A DNA stretch of 64,000 nucleotides from the NCBI GenBank assembly GCA_950097015.1, contig CATNEN010000038.1:13516001-13580000 (forward strand), written 5' to 3'. The notes below the pieces were generated by a model, which searched no databases, was not told the origin of the DNA, and saw only the letters and a list, made by a program, of their open reading frames with translations. Origin of the DNA: Macrostomum hystrix. Lineage: Eukaryota > Animalia > Platyhelminthes. The position numbers and the translations under genes were made by a program. The first letter of the stretch is position 1. Every line of letters begins with the position of its first letter. Shown one piece after another: positions 13,101-28,512 of the stretch.

Positions 13101-14076
13101 TGTGACATTAACCAGCTGACAATTCTGATAGTTATACTGACACACAAGGGACATGCCTCTGGCTCTGCTGTTACTTCAAAGTATTTTTGTTTGGGAAGAA
13201 CAGAAGGCACATCGTGCTGCGTGATCTCGTCAATTATTGCGGAAATAGCACCCAAAAATACGCAGCTTACTACTTAATTCAAATATACCAGTAGACTCAT
13301 GCCTTGCATAGGCCAGGGGCGGAGTAGGCCTAATTGTTATAAATGAAGGTGGAAGGCCAGACGTCAGGGAAATCCCTCTTGGGCTCCAATATACAATTTT
13401 GCATGACTCAGCGTCAGTTCTCTGTTCGAGCACCTCCCTGCCTGCAGCGAGATCAGAACTTAACTGCAGATGTGACTGAAGCTAGAACAAAAGAAATTGT
13501 AGTTAGGGGAAACTTACTTCATTTCTTCCGAGAAACGGTCTACAGCACAACTCATTCCTCCTGTACAGCGCTGAGTGTGAGGCTTGAGTACATTTTAATC
13601 TCTCCGTGTATTTACAAGGCATCCCATGCCTGTGTAGGCACCAACCAGCGAGTTCCATTCCTGACCTTCCCTATATTATGTTGTTATTGTTCAGTTATGC
13701 ACAATTGCATTCCAATCCGTCGCTGGATGCAAGACTTTTTTTTGGTGATATGTATTTCTCAGCGTATATTTGTAGGTCAACAGCGATTCGGATAAACTGC
13801 TGGTTTTTAGTTACACATTTTCAGAACGGCTTATAAGATGTGCCACTATTCATGTTCTTAATTGCTGCTGCTCATTGTAACGAAGGCCTTAAATATAAGA
13901 AGCACTCATTTATTATTTTGCGATGGCTTAATTATTGTGTGATCATCTACATTTAATAGAGTCAACGTATTTGCGCTGATGGGTAACAAGCGCATTAACT
14001 TTCTGTTAAAGTTTATAAAGCAAAATGCACGATCCATATTTACAACATGAGAAAACCCTAAGGTCCTTGAAACTTC

Positions 14077-14712
14077 TCATCGAGACAGTCCGAAGAAGGC
14101 CCGTAGTCGGCTAACCCCGCCGCTACCGCTGTGATTTGACGAAGACCTGGCAGAAATGTTGTCGTCTCGTTCAGCTTGCGTCTTGAGTGTCAGCGGCATG
14201 TAGTGCTCGAACTGATTCTTATCAACGTAGAGAGCCACTGCCAGCCGGCCTCTACCGTAGTAGCGGCTGAGCAGCTGCCTGCGCCGCTCGGTTAGCTGAA
14301 ATCTGCCTTGAGTCGCCTGATCCGCGAAGGTGTGGCAGGCTTCGATGTGCCCGGAACTCAACTGAAAGGCCGCCACCAGCTGATAGCACTGCTCCGGGAC
14401 TTTTCTTCGATACCTGGCGGCCAGCTGGCTCGCTTCCGACTCCGACATAGGCCTGGGTGGAGACTTTGCCAGCTGCTGCTTCTCAAAGCTGCAGGCGTCC
14501 TTTTGCCTGCGTCGCGCCAGACACCAGGGATCGACGCCAGCTGCGGGCGAACCAGCCGACGCTGGCGACCCTCCGCTGTAGCCGCCGCCGACGGAACGCC
14601 TGCAGTTGCTGGCAGTTGAGTGGGGCAACAGATCCCAGGACCGCGGCCGCTGCTCGAAGTTGTACTGCAGACTGCAGCGCTGCTGATGGTACTGCTGAAG
14701 CTGTCGACTCAT
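14077..14712 (-). CDS. Uncharacterised protein (MSRQLQQYHQQRCSLQYNFEQRPRSW...RAFFGLSR); possible upstream exon 14974-14918
   Basis: GC-rich stop-free frame with codon usage like the neighbouring genes. Starts either at ATG 14712, or by splicing from donor CAG/GTGAGT (14918/14917) to acceptor at 14701/14700 in phase 0. No domain recognised. Confidence 0.55.
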   Translation of the reverse strand: MSRQLQQYHQQRCSLQYNFEQRPRSWDLLPHSTASNCRRSVGGGYSGGSPASAGSPAAGVDPWCLARRRQKDACSFEKQQLAKSPPRPMSESEASQLAARYRRKVPEQCYQLVAAFQLSSGHIEACHTFADQATQGRFQLTERRRQLLSRYYGRGRLAVALYVDKNQFEHYMPLTLKTQAERDDNISARSSSNHSGSGGVSRLRAFFGLSR

Positions 14713-15859
14713 GATATTAATCGCATGCAAAATTCTCCTCATTCGGCTGCGTCCTTTAAATTCCCTAATTCCCAGTACAAGCGTATTTATAGCTCCCAAA
14801 TCCACACGCACCTGAGCCGCGCTGTCATTGGCCACTCCCAGGCCGGAATGAGCCGGATCGGCCCGGAATTGCCATGAATCTTCAGCCGCACATCTCGTGT
14901 CCCTGCAGCTCACTCACCTGAGCGTGCAGCCGTGTAGCCCCATGCCCATGCAGTGGTTTCCTCCGCAGGTCCATTAATAGATGCCATCACGGGATTCTGC
15001 AGAGCCCTCAAAACTGGGCAGAAATTCAGACTTCAAACGCAGCTCCAGTTTGGCGGGCACCGGACGGCTGGTTGTACGAGTAAGTGAATAAAGTCTAGAA
15101 TAGAAGTGTGGGAGGGAAGCCAAGGTGTCACTCAACATTTTTTGCGATTCTTCCATCGCCCACGTAGAGTTTCCTCGCCCAATCACCCTCTCTCTTTGGC
15201 TTTGCTTGGCTACTAAACACCTTGTAAAGGCAAGGCATATTTCACCTGTCTGTTGCCATAAAGATTGTTCCCGCGGTAGAAGGTGAAGAGAGGGAGAGAA
15301 AGGCAAATCTAAAAGCGATAGGTGGGCGTGCAATAAAAAGCGAATGAGTCATGAATTTGGGATTTCCTACCTCAAAGCAAAGCACCTCGCGAAAACGCGA
15401 TCCCCAAATAGCAAGTAGATATGACGGCAAGTACGTTTCATAAACCTTCAACGATTACTAAAACGAGAGGTGGTTATAGGAAATTTTCCCAGGCAGGAAC
15501 GAAAACGTTTGCTGATTGTGGCCTATAGCAATCTTGGGAGTTGTAACAGCACTTATTGCCCCCGGGGCGGAGGGGCGCAAGGATGGGCTGATTTGGCTCG
15601 CATGTGCATTGTGAGTTGCCAAAAAAAACAAAGCTTTTTCCGGCAGCCGCGTTCAACTCTGCATGCGGCGCGCCTCAAATACGTTTTCAGGATTAAGTTT
15701 GATCCAGGTAGAATCTAGTTTAGTGTATTAGCTCGTACATGTAAGCAATGACTGTGTTTTCTAAAACACGAATGACGTAAAGGACTTGTTGTGTCTGAGA
15801 CCATCAAAATTCAGTTAGAATATGTCTTCAGGCTCATATTTTCCATAGACCAGTGAAGT

Positions 15860-15920
15860 CAAGAATCGAACTCGTGACCCTCAAGTCAAGAGTCCGACGC
15901 TCTAACCACCACGCTACAAC
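15860..15920 (-). mobile_element. SINE family B tRNA-like head fragment
   Basis: Reverse complement TGTAGCGTGGTGGTTAGAGCGTCGGACTCTTGACTTGAGGGTCACGAGTTCGATTC has A and B boxes and is near-identical to the head at 53343-53400; no acceptor-stem 3' half. Confidence 0.65.
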
Positions 15921-18473
15921 GAAAGTTATACATGCAAAGGATTTTTAGCTTGTTGTTTGAGAGTTTTTTTCGAAAATTAAAAATCTGTTCTAGAATCAAA
16001 AGCAGAAGCTAGGCCTACTCAAAAACTATATTATGTCGCATATTTTGTGACAATCTAGACTAATAAAATAGTTTTAGCGCCGTGTAAGCTCGTGTTATAT
16101 ATGGAGCGAAGCGAATCAAATTAAGCTCATGTTCCCATTACAAATTCAAGAGAAACTGCAGAAATAGCGGGAAACAAAGGAACATGCACGCAGTATAGCC
16201 TATTAAGATGCAAGCTATTTTCGCTACATGCAACCAAAGCATATTGATAAGCCCGTCACTGACAAGATCGGATTAGGAGGACAAATCTAATGGAAGCTAT
16301 TTATAGTGTTTTTCATATAAATCCCAACAAATCTTGATTAAGACAATAGCGAACATCTGTTTTCAGACCTGTGTGTTGATTATCTCCTGAAATGTGCATG
16401 AAAATTATTTTAGACTGCAGATAATTTAATACACCGACTTACAGGGCTTGCTGGATAAACCATGCACGCTTAAATACAGCAGTTCCGTTCTATTGCATGC
16501 AGCTTCGAACAGGACAGTGGACAAAAACAATAAATTTATTCGCAAGAGCGGCCACCGCAAACATATTTTACAGAACCTGTAAATAGATATTTGATTTATA
16601 CATTTATTCGATAGTTATTTGTCAGTAATCACCGACGCCACCAGAAGTTGTTGAATCACCGGCCTGAGTATCCTTCAGCATCAGGGTGCAATTGACTGAC
16701 CCTGATGTGTGCAGATATGGCTCTCGTTCTCATTCTCAGCTAGTGGTCTTATATCTTTTTGCAAATAATTTTTGTTAAACTGCTTTGCATCTAAATCGCT
16801 TTCATTCGCCGCCTTATCCGGGATGGAAACCAAGTGCAGTAAGATTGTGAGGTTGTTCAAGCAGCGCATTTAGGTCGGCACAGTTGCTAGGCGTAATATA
16901 TTTTCCAAAAGCAGAATATTGACAGCTAATTTGTTCCGCTAAGTAGACCGTGGTCGACGCGACTTCATTTTCTCATGTTTTTTGATTGAAATCTTTTCAA
17001 AAGAGGTGCGACAGGATCGGGAGGCACCACCGAGAGATAAAGCTACATTTCAACAGACAATCACATGATTGCTGACTCTCGTCTCTGTAGGTAGATAATA
17101 AATGAGTGTCCTTTAACAGGAAGACGTATGTCGTCTTCAATTTATTTATGTTCTTAGACAGAACAATTTTACTGTCTGAGAACTGAAGTCTCCTGTTACC
17201 TCTTCAGTTGCCTGAATCCTTTTAGCGGGCTGCGGATGCATCAACGTGTTCCTTAGTTTATTGTAATTGTAAGTTTGTACTTACAAAAACAGGAATTTGT
17301 TTTCTATGACCTAATCATATCTTTTATTTCCAATCTATAATAATTATTAATATCTTCTTCTATTCTTCAATTATTTTTTATTAAAAAATGAACTACTTTG
17401 TGTACATTTTGCTGCTGAAGGAATTTAATTTAAGAAAAGTGACTGAAAACACAACTTTTTTTGCCAGCGTCAGTCTTTTACTGATGGTATACAGAACAAG
17501 CAAAAAGGTCGCAGCTTTAAACAAAAAAAGAAAACGTTAAAGAAAAAAAGAAAAAAGAAAAACTTTTTTGCTAAATTAGGGTAGGGTCGGGTAAAAGAAT
17601 ATAGATTTGCAAAATCTTTGTTATATACGCTACCAAACAATTTTATTATTTTTGGCTTCTTTTTTAAACCAAATAATGTTTCGACGGGTGCCAGCTCGAC
17701 ATGAAAAAAATTCTAAATAATTATTAGACAAAGCTTTATAAAAAAGGCATAACAGTGAGCGTGCTTGGGGATTATAAATAACAGTTTAAACAATTTCTGA
17801 AAAACCAATTACACTTTACTAGTAGTTTTGATCCTGTATTAGCTACGTTTACACGTTTAGCTAGTCTTGTATTAGCTAGTTTAAAAAAAGTAGCTTAATT
17901 GCCGAAACTTAACTAGCTATTACATAAACATACATTTAGGCCCTACTAACAGAAATAAAAGTCATACCCTATACTAAATCCGTTACTAAGTTTTACGAAC
18001 TTTGTTAACAATATGGCAGCTGTGGTAAGTGGGCTAAAGTAAAATAATTTTTTTACATTTGCTGTTGTATTTATTTTTACTAATTAGGCCAAGCAATCTG
18101 TAGTGGGCCTATTGAAAGCTATATAATAGTTAAATAGCTATGTATATAATTGTAAAATTTAGGAAATATTGGAAAATTGGCCAGTTGGCTACAGTCAAAA
18201 AGAGAAAAAGTGAAAAATGACATTAATATTCAATATTATATTATATTATGCACCCAATTCTATTCTAGCAATATCCTTTAATTTAAATATTTAGCTATTC
18301 ATAGTTACTTCAAACACCAAACATAATTATCGAAACAAGGCATAGTATCACATGAAAATCTTTGTCATGTACTTTTTATAACCAGCTAACCAATTTAATC
18401 TAGGCCTAGTGTACTTTTTAACTAAGGCATGTTAACTGTGTTAACAACACAATCTTTTTATATTTGTATGCTA

Positions 18474-20874
18474 CAAGGGGTGTTCAAAAAGTAGTGGGAA
18501 TTTTCAATGTAGCTGATAATCAGATTCAGACACATTACATTTCTATTTGTTTTATGAAAGTGGATTTGTGTATCTCTCACTCTGTAATACTTTTTTAATT
18601 TTGCTATTATCTTCTGGTTCTGGCATTCAAAAGTTATGAACAATTTAGTGCAATTCCCTAGGGTACAACTTACAGAAACTTTAACAAGTAGTCCTTAAGA
18701 CAAAACATGACAACAAACTATCAGTTGTAATCCAATTGAAGTTCATCTTAACGGGTACAGATCAAATCGTCATATTCTAAAACATCATAGTATAATGATG
18801 ATTTGGGCAAGTGTCACAATATTCAATTTAATATGACAATCTTGACTATTTGTTCATTGCTCATTTTAATTATAAATGGATTTGAATATTTGATGATGCA
18901 TAATTCAAACAATTGATTTAAAGGCAGTTAAAAGTAAATGTAGATAAAAAAGCACTGATAAAAGCGTTAGTTAGGCACAATGAACAGACAAATGCAATAT
19001 ACAAATATTGCAAATCATGACAATGCAATAGAAGGGTACATTTGAGTTACATGTACATAGCTACATGTTGAACGAAATTCAGTGCACATCGCACATGTTA
19101 TGTTATGTACAATGTACTTTGAGTGGCTCAAATGACATTATTTTTGTAGAGCCAAGTGAGACAAGGCCAAAAATGTATGCTTTGCTTCGCTTATACTTTC
19201 AGTAAAGCTGTTTGCAAAGCCAATAAAATAGCAATATGATGACTTCGTTAATGTCACATTGTCCAATGTGGACAATATGAAAATTTAGATAATGTTATTC
19301 TTTTTACAACTGTCATATGACAATTTAGAATATGACAATTTCGGCTGGAGCCATCTTAAGGTCAACTCAAATGTATTTTTTTGTCAGGGATGGAGACCTT
19401 CTCCACCTAGTCTCCTTTGCAGCTGATGCAAAAAGCTGATGCACTTCTCCCATGCGGTTTCCCCACAAGTCAATTGCATGAGCGTATTTCTCCTTGGGAA
19501 TCGCAAAAACAAGGATGCGCCAAACCTCTTCTTCAAGGCAGTGACGATTTGTGTAGATTTTTGCCATAAAAAAAATCTTTTGCGTAGAAAAAGACAAGTC
19601 TGCTGGCGCCTAGTCAGGGGAGTAGGGTGGGTGAGGCAGGAGTTCAAACTTCATGCCCTGAATTGCCTCCACTGTCTTTGAAGACATGTGCAGTCAGGCA
19701 TTGTCATGGTGGAGAACTGAAGGCTTGATTCCACTGCGCCATTTATTGTGGATCTCAGCCTTGAGCTCTTTCAGAAACAAGATTTAGCGCTCTGCATTGA
19801 CAGTTGTGTTTGGCTCTAGGAAATCGATTGTCAAGGGGCCATGACAATCAGCTTCTGGCAATGAGACTCTCGGTGAGCATTGATTGGAGGATCAGAGCCC
19901 TTTATTGCCCAGACGTTTGACTCTTCTTTTGTTGGGGGGTCGAAGTGAGGCAGCCAGGTTTCATCACCTGTGACAATGAGCTGTCGAAAGGCCTCCCATC
20001 CACCTCAATCTTCAACAAGCCTGAAGTTGCTGTTGCATGTGTTTTGTCACTGTGCTTTCATCTCTGGGGTGAGAAGCCTGGGAACCCACCTGCACTGAGC
20101 TTAACAAGATTCATGCTGCGGATGCAATGATGAACTATGGACTTAGGCATATCCAGTCGGTCAGCAATTTCCCTGATGGTAAGGTGAGCATCTTCTTTAA
20201 GCAGATCCAAAATGTGATCATTAAGAGTCTTGGATGCAAGCATCCTTGGCCGACCAGATTTTGGCAATGCCGCCACATTGGTTCGACCGGCCTGAAACTC
20301 CTCAATCCACCAGTAAACTGTGCTTTTGTTTACTGCATGTTGTCCATGGATGTGCTGCAGGTTGCACACAATCTTGGACACATTGTGTCCCATGCTCCAC
20401 AGAGTGAAAATAGCATTGTGATGTCCCCCTTTTGAGTGGATGTCTGACATGTTTGCACAATCTTCAGATGCTTCAAATGTGCAAGTTGACAAATGCTTAG
20501 CTGAGCTGGCTTGCATCTAAAGCTTGAGACTGACTGGCTTTGGTGATGCTTGCATGAGCATAGTTCTAATGTTGAGCCCATAGACATGCTCTTGAAAGCA
20601 TTTCTGTAGGCATCATCGCGTAAACTTAATGCAGAAAAAGTACAAAGCAAAACTTTCTTTGTTGAAAGCCTTCAAAATGTCATCTTCTGTAAGTCGTACC
20701 CTGGGGAACTGTACTAACTAGCTCATAACTTTTGAATGTCAGAAGACATTTACAAAAGAAAAAATATTGCATAGATTGATAAATCCGCTTTAAAGAAAAG
20801 TTAATGAAATTAATGTATCTGAATCCAACTATGAGCTACGTTGAAAATTCCGACAACTTTTTGGACACCCCTCG
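18474..20874 (-). mobile_element. Decayed DD34D mariner with long (~200 bp) imperfect TIRs, TA-flanked
   Basis: TA at 18472-73 and 20875-76. Inverted repeats 18474-18677 and 20685-20874 (CAAGGGGTGTTCAAAAAGT...AAAAGTTATGA...GGGTACAACTTACAGAA). Transposase pseudogene about 20450-19370: KSGRPR HTH, WVPRLLTPE, VTGDETW, HHDNA*...HPPYSPD*APAD (D34D spacing), WEKCIS. Confidence 0.9.
18752..19355. mobile_element. Candidate nested non-autonomous DNA element (MITE) flanked by TTAA
   Basis: TTAA at 18748-51 and 19356-59; subterminal inverted repeat AAATCGTCATATTCTAAA / TTTAGAATATGACAATTT; non-coding interior. Confidence 0.45.
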
Positions 20875-22099
20875 TATAATCAGAATATTAAAAACAAATA
20901 CATTGGTCCTGCATTCCATACTAGCCATTCCATCTAGCCATTCTAGGTAAATGATCTAGGTAAACTTTGGGTTTATTGTAGCAGCTACATTAAAATATAA
21001 AGACAAAGACAAAAATGAAATAGGGGCTCATTCTTAGAAATTGTATTCAGCAAAAAAACTTTGTTTCAATGTAATACTTTAGTTTTAATGTACCATTTTT
21101 GTTTAAATGCATCAATGTACTGAATTGATAGAAGTTTTACTAAAGTGGAGAAACTTGAGGAAGGATGCAAAGAGCAGGAATAAATAAACATGTGAGAGGG
21201 AGTAAAAAGTTAATGTTTTTTCATGTGAGAACAATGTTTAGAATAAGAAAGTTTGAAATGGCAAAGGCCTTAGATTTATTTCAAGAGACATTAGGAAAGA
21301 GAAGTGAATAGAGTGAAATGAGAGCTGTAACCCTAGATCCACTAGCAAACCCAAGATGGACTAAAGAATAATTGAAAAGTGATAGAAGTAACTAATGAGT
21401 GATAAGACTTAATAAAGATGGTTAAACAGTGATAAAAGGGTAAAGACAGAAAAAATGATATAGATAAGTTTCAGTTGCTAGTTAAGTTATAAGTGCAAAT
21501 AAAAAGAAAGAATAAAATTTGGCCATATTGAACATCTAATGTTACCATATTAAATACATAATGGTACCTGTTTGAATTTGAAAAAAGAAGTACATAAAGT
21601 AAATAACGAAAGACACTCATAAGTTGGCCATAATACAATTTTTTAATTATTAGACTCCAAAATAATGTTTATTGCTAAATTGCTAAATCCAATGGCAATA
21701 GGGAAGGGAATAACTATAGGCATAGTTATTTGTTAATATTGTATGCTAAAGTTAATGCTAATCTGATGCATAGATATAGACCAACCAATTTAACCAACCA
21801 ACCAATATGCATTTATAGCACATAGTACATACATATGTATATTGCATAGTCCTTGCCCATATTTATTTTTCCTGATATAGCTATTTCGCTTCTAGGAAAT
21901 GCAAGAAATGAATAAGAATGTATTATTTTAGTAGTAATAGAAGCAATGAACATGTGAGAGATTAAGGACAATGCCTATTTGTAGATATACAACAGTAAAC
22001 ATTAAAATAGACAAGGCAGAGGTCTAAAAATTAGTTTAACTATATATTACTCGGCTACTCGACTCGAATTACTAGACTCGACCAAACACCAGGCTTGTT

Positions 22100-22700
22100 T
22101 GGACTCTACTCTGATGCAGGTAGTCTCTAGTTCTTATTGACTGCTTGTGCCAGGTCGTGAATGCAAGAAAATGGCCTTCCAGAGATGGCAGATTTCAATT
22201 CAGGGAATATCCAGAAGTCACAAGGTGCAAGGTCTGGTAAGTAGGGCAGATAGGACAGCCGCTGGGCTCCTTGTTGCTCCAAAGAAGCTTAAGTTGCAGC
22301 TGCAGTGTGTGGTGCCGAGTTCCAAGTTCCAAGTGTGTTGTGCCAAGTTCTCGCCCTCTGCCATCTTTCCTTAAGCATGCATTTAGGAATGGGCGCTTCC
22401 ATAGCTGACACCAAGCTCATAGGCAAGGAATCTCAGTATCACACGGCGATCCTCACGCAGTCTGTGCAAGCCACTGATGCCTCGTTCACAGTTGTCCAGG
22501 GTCGTCCAGACCAACTCTCATCTTTGGAGTTCATCCATCCATTAGCAAAGTGGCGCATCTAGCATGCAAAATGTTCAAATGATGGAGCAGCTTCACCCAA
22601 CACGGAAACTAAGTCGGCATAAATTTCCACAGCTTTTTTTGCCCATTTCCACAGCTTTTGATGGTTTCATGTAAAGGCTAAAAACACGATTTGGTTGATG
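22100..22700 (-). mobile_element. Internally deleted mariner transposase remnant
   Basis: Manual minus-strand translation: GKKAVEIYADLVSVLGEAAPSF...HFANGWMNSKDESWSGRPW...LREDRRVILRFLAYELGVSYGSAHS (HTH region), followed by PYLPDLAPCDFWIFPELKSAISGRPF. TIRs not identified. Confidence 0.8.
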
Positions 22701-23240
22701 TCAAGTAAAACTGAAAATAATTCGCAAAATCAACTGAAACTCTAACAGGAAAGAAAAACTTTTTTACAAATTAGTCAATTTTCTGCTTATTTAATGCAGC
22801 AGAAGTGGCTACAAGTGACTAGGTTGCAGAACTTTTTGATCGCCCATCATATTTCACTGTAATCAGTTTTATTAAGAATAGACAAGTAGAAATTACTGTA
22901 TCTTGGATAGGTAGCTGTGAATATGATAAAAATAAAGTTGGGATGTATAACCAATGATGCGTTAATATTTTATTAATTTTCCCATTGTCAGCTTATCATT
23001 AAATATTTATCTTGAGTGTTTTAGTCCAATTGGATGAAGAATAACAAAAGAAGTTATTGATGAATTCCAAAATGTGGTATTATTATTATTTTATTATTTA
23101 TTAACTCCTTATTTCATTATTATTTTACTTATTATTTACTTCATGTTATCCTTATTATTAAGCATGGAAATTTGTCACTTGAGTAATATTCACAGGCCTA
23201 TGAATAAATAAAAATAAAAAATCTATCAACTGACTACCAG

Positions 23241-26299
<3,059 letters not shown>

Positions 26300-27322
26300 G
26301 CTGAGACTCTGGCTAATTTATCTAGCTTAGAATCCAAAACATCAACTGCTTGTTAGCTAGCGTTTCATTTCGAGCAGAAAGTTTGTCATGATTGCAACTG
26401 GTTTAATCTGATTTTGAACTTCGGTCGTCCGTATATTTGTTTATTTGCTTGTTTGTACGTGCAAAAACTTGAATTTTCGGTTTCAGTTAAAATAAAACCC
26501 TGAAAAGGCGCGCCCAAGCTTTTCGCAACAAACAGTTTCTCCTTCGCTACTGTCTTATTTTGTGCAACAACTTTAGCGTCTTCTTACCCTCCTCCCTGTC
26601 CTCATATAGCAATATCGGTGTCCACTGTCCATCAGCTGTCGGGGCTATTTTGCAGTGTTAGCTTATCCCACTTTAATTGCAAGCCCTGAGAGTTTCAATA
26701 TCTCAGGCGTCTTGCGCATGTTTATGAATATGACAAGCCTAATCCCAGTTGAAAACGACAGAGTCCTTCATTTTTGCACTGAAATTACAATTGTAATGTC
26801 TGTTCTCTTCATTTACCTTCTTGGTGACCAACAAGCAGTTTATATAACATTCAAATGTGCTACAGTTTGATGTAAATTGTCCTTTCTTTCTTTCAAACTT
26901 GTTGCTCATGTGATCACTGAGCACAATCTTCGGGAATACGAGCGAATGCGATCGAAAATGACAGAATCAAACACATTTTCTGGCTACTGCTACTAAAGCA
27001 GGAATTCGCAACTAACATATAGAAATATACGTAGCCTTTTAACGCGAATTCTTACAAGTCCCGAATTAGAAGATTCCGAGCAAATGAGAATTCCCTACAA
27101 CATACTTCCGCCTGGGATCAACATGACCTAATGAGGATTTTCTGCCAAAATCCCTGGCATTATTTCCTAATGAAATTTCCCGCTATGATCCATACGAACG
27201 AGAGTTAATAGCGAACGAGCGATCACGCAATGAAAAATTAACTATGAGAAAGGACCTCGTATAGAAACTCCGCGACGAGAATTCCCAACAAAGACTTTCG
27301 AGAAAATTGTAGTTCGATAATA

Positions 27323-28512
27323 GCGGTCTTTCGCGTCCCTGGGATTTCCCTAGGGAAATCCAAAAAATAGGTTAAACTCAAAATGTCTATGGTCGTTAAG
27401 CTATAATATTGAAAGCAGAGTTGTATTTAGAACAAGTATAAACAACTAAACAAACTACATTATTTCTAACAAGTAAAACTGGTTGTTTTCCGTAAATGTC
27501 ATGCAAAATATCAAAATGTCACTTATGATAAATGTTGAATGTGCAGCCGGTGAACGTACCACTCTCGCACGCAGCCCAAAATGAGTCATCATATTGTAAT
27601 AGAACTCATGCTGTAACTTTGCTGGTGTGCTCCGATCGAAATACTTTCGAAGCTTAGCTAGATCATCGTGTTCTATGGAGCTGAATCTCTTTACTTCTCG
27701 GCCGTTCTCCAGAAACAGTTTAGCAGCAGCTTTTAACATATTGTTCGCTTTTTTGAACAGCTGGTTAGATATGATATCCACTCCACGCGTCCGAAGCAGC
27801 CAGCGATACAAACCGGACCGGAAACAGCGCAAAGTAGCAGGTGCATAGTACCCACCGTCAGAGCGCTTGATAGTTCCATACGCAATCCGGATATAGGCCG
27901 CCAATCGCTCCTCTGCGCAGGTCTTAATGTAGACTTCAAGTTGAAGGGACTCCATGGTCGAATAAAAAGTTTCCAGAGCCCATTTTTCTTGCTGACTCGC
28001 ACTTGGTGGTTCAGTTTTTTCTCAGCCAAATCAATTGATCTTGCATTAGAGCCTCGATATCTTCGTTTCGAGGCTCTTTTGTATCTAGCAGTTCGGCAAG
28101 CGTATTATCGTAAATTCTCGCAGCGAATGCAGCCGCGATCTCTTCTATTCTATCTGCGTCCATTTCTAGAGCAAATAGAGCGTTGTCAGCTTCCATGCGT
28201 GCGGCTATCTCGTCCTTCGTCAGTCCAACTATGTCTCCGTATTCAATATGTAGCAGACCGCTAGGCCGGTAGGATCTATCTCCTTCCATCAGGTTAAGTG
28301 ATTTCGATCCAGAAGATCCAGAGTTTAACTCGCTATATTCGGCCATAGACATAAGTAATATAGACATCGGTCTTTAATGGGTGTTTCCCCAGTCAGGCGG
28401 TCTTTCGCGTCCTCGGACTGATCCATTTTTAGAGAAATCTTTAAAATAGATGGGGAAACTTATCGTACTACAATAACCCTATACGCGCCCTCGGCCATGA
28501 CATTAAAGACCT
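27323..28512 (-). mobile_element. Crypton-like tyrosine-recombinase element, frameshifted and truncated
   Basis: ORF pieces 28367-28011 and about 28020-27455: KWALETF...AYGTIKRSDGGYYAPATLRCFRSGLYRWL...DIISNQLFKKANNML...IEHDDLAKL...TPAKLQHEFYYNMMTHFGLRAR. This resembles the CryptonA/KCTD1/ZMYM-type YR N-terminal half up to the first catalytic Arg. Flanked by 16-bp direct repeats and short inverted repeats. Confidence 0.75.

Noticed and set aside
13343-13836. 150-aa ORF
   Set aside because: No recognisable motifs, atypical composition, no supporting splice structure.
15860-15920. Possible tRNA gene
   Set aside because: No complete acceptor stem; matches the SINE family B head.
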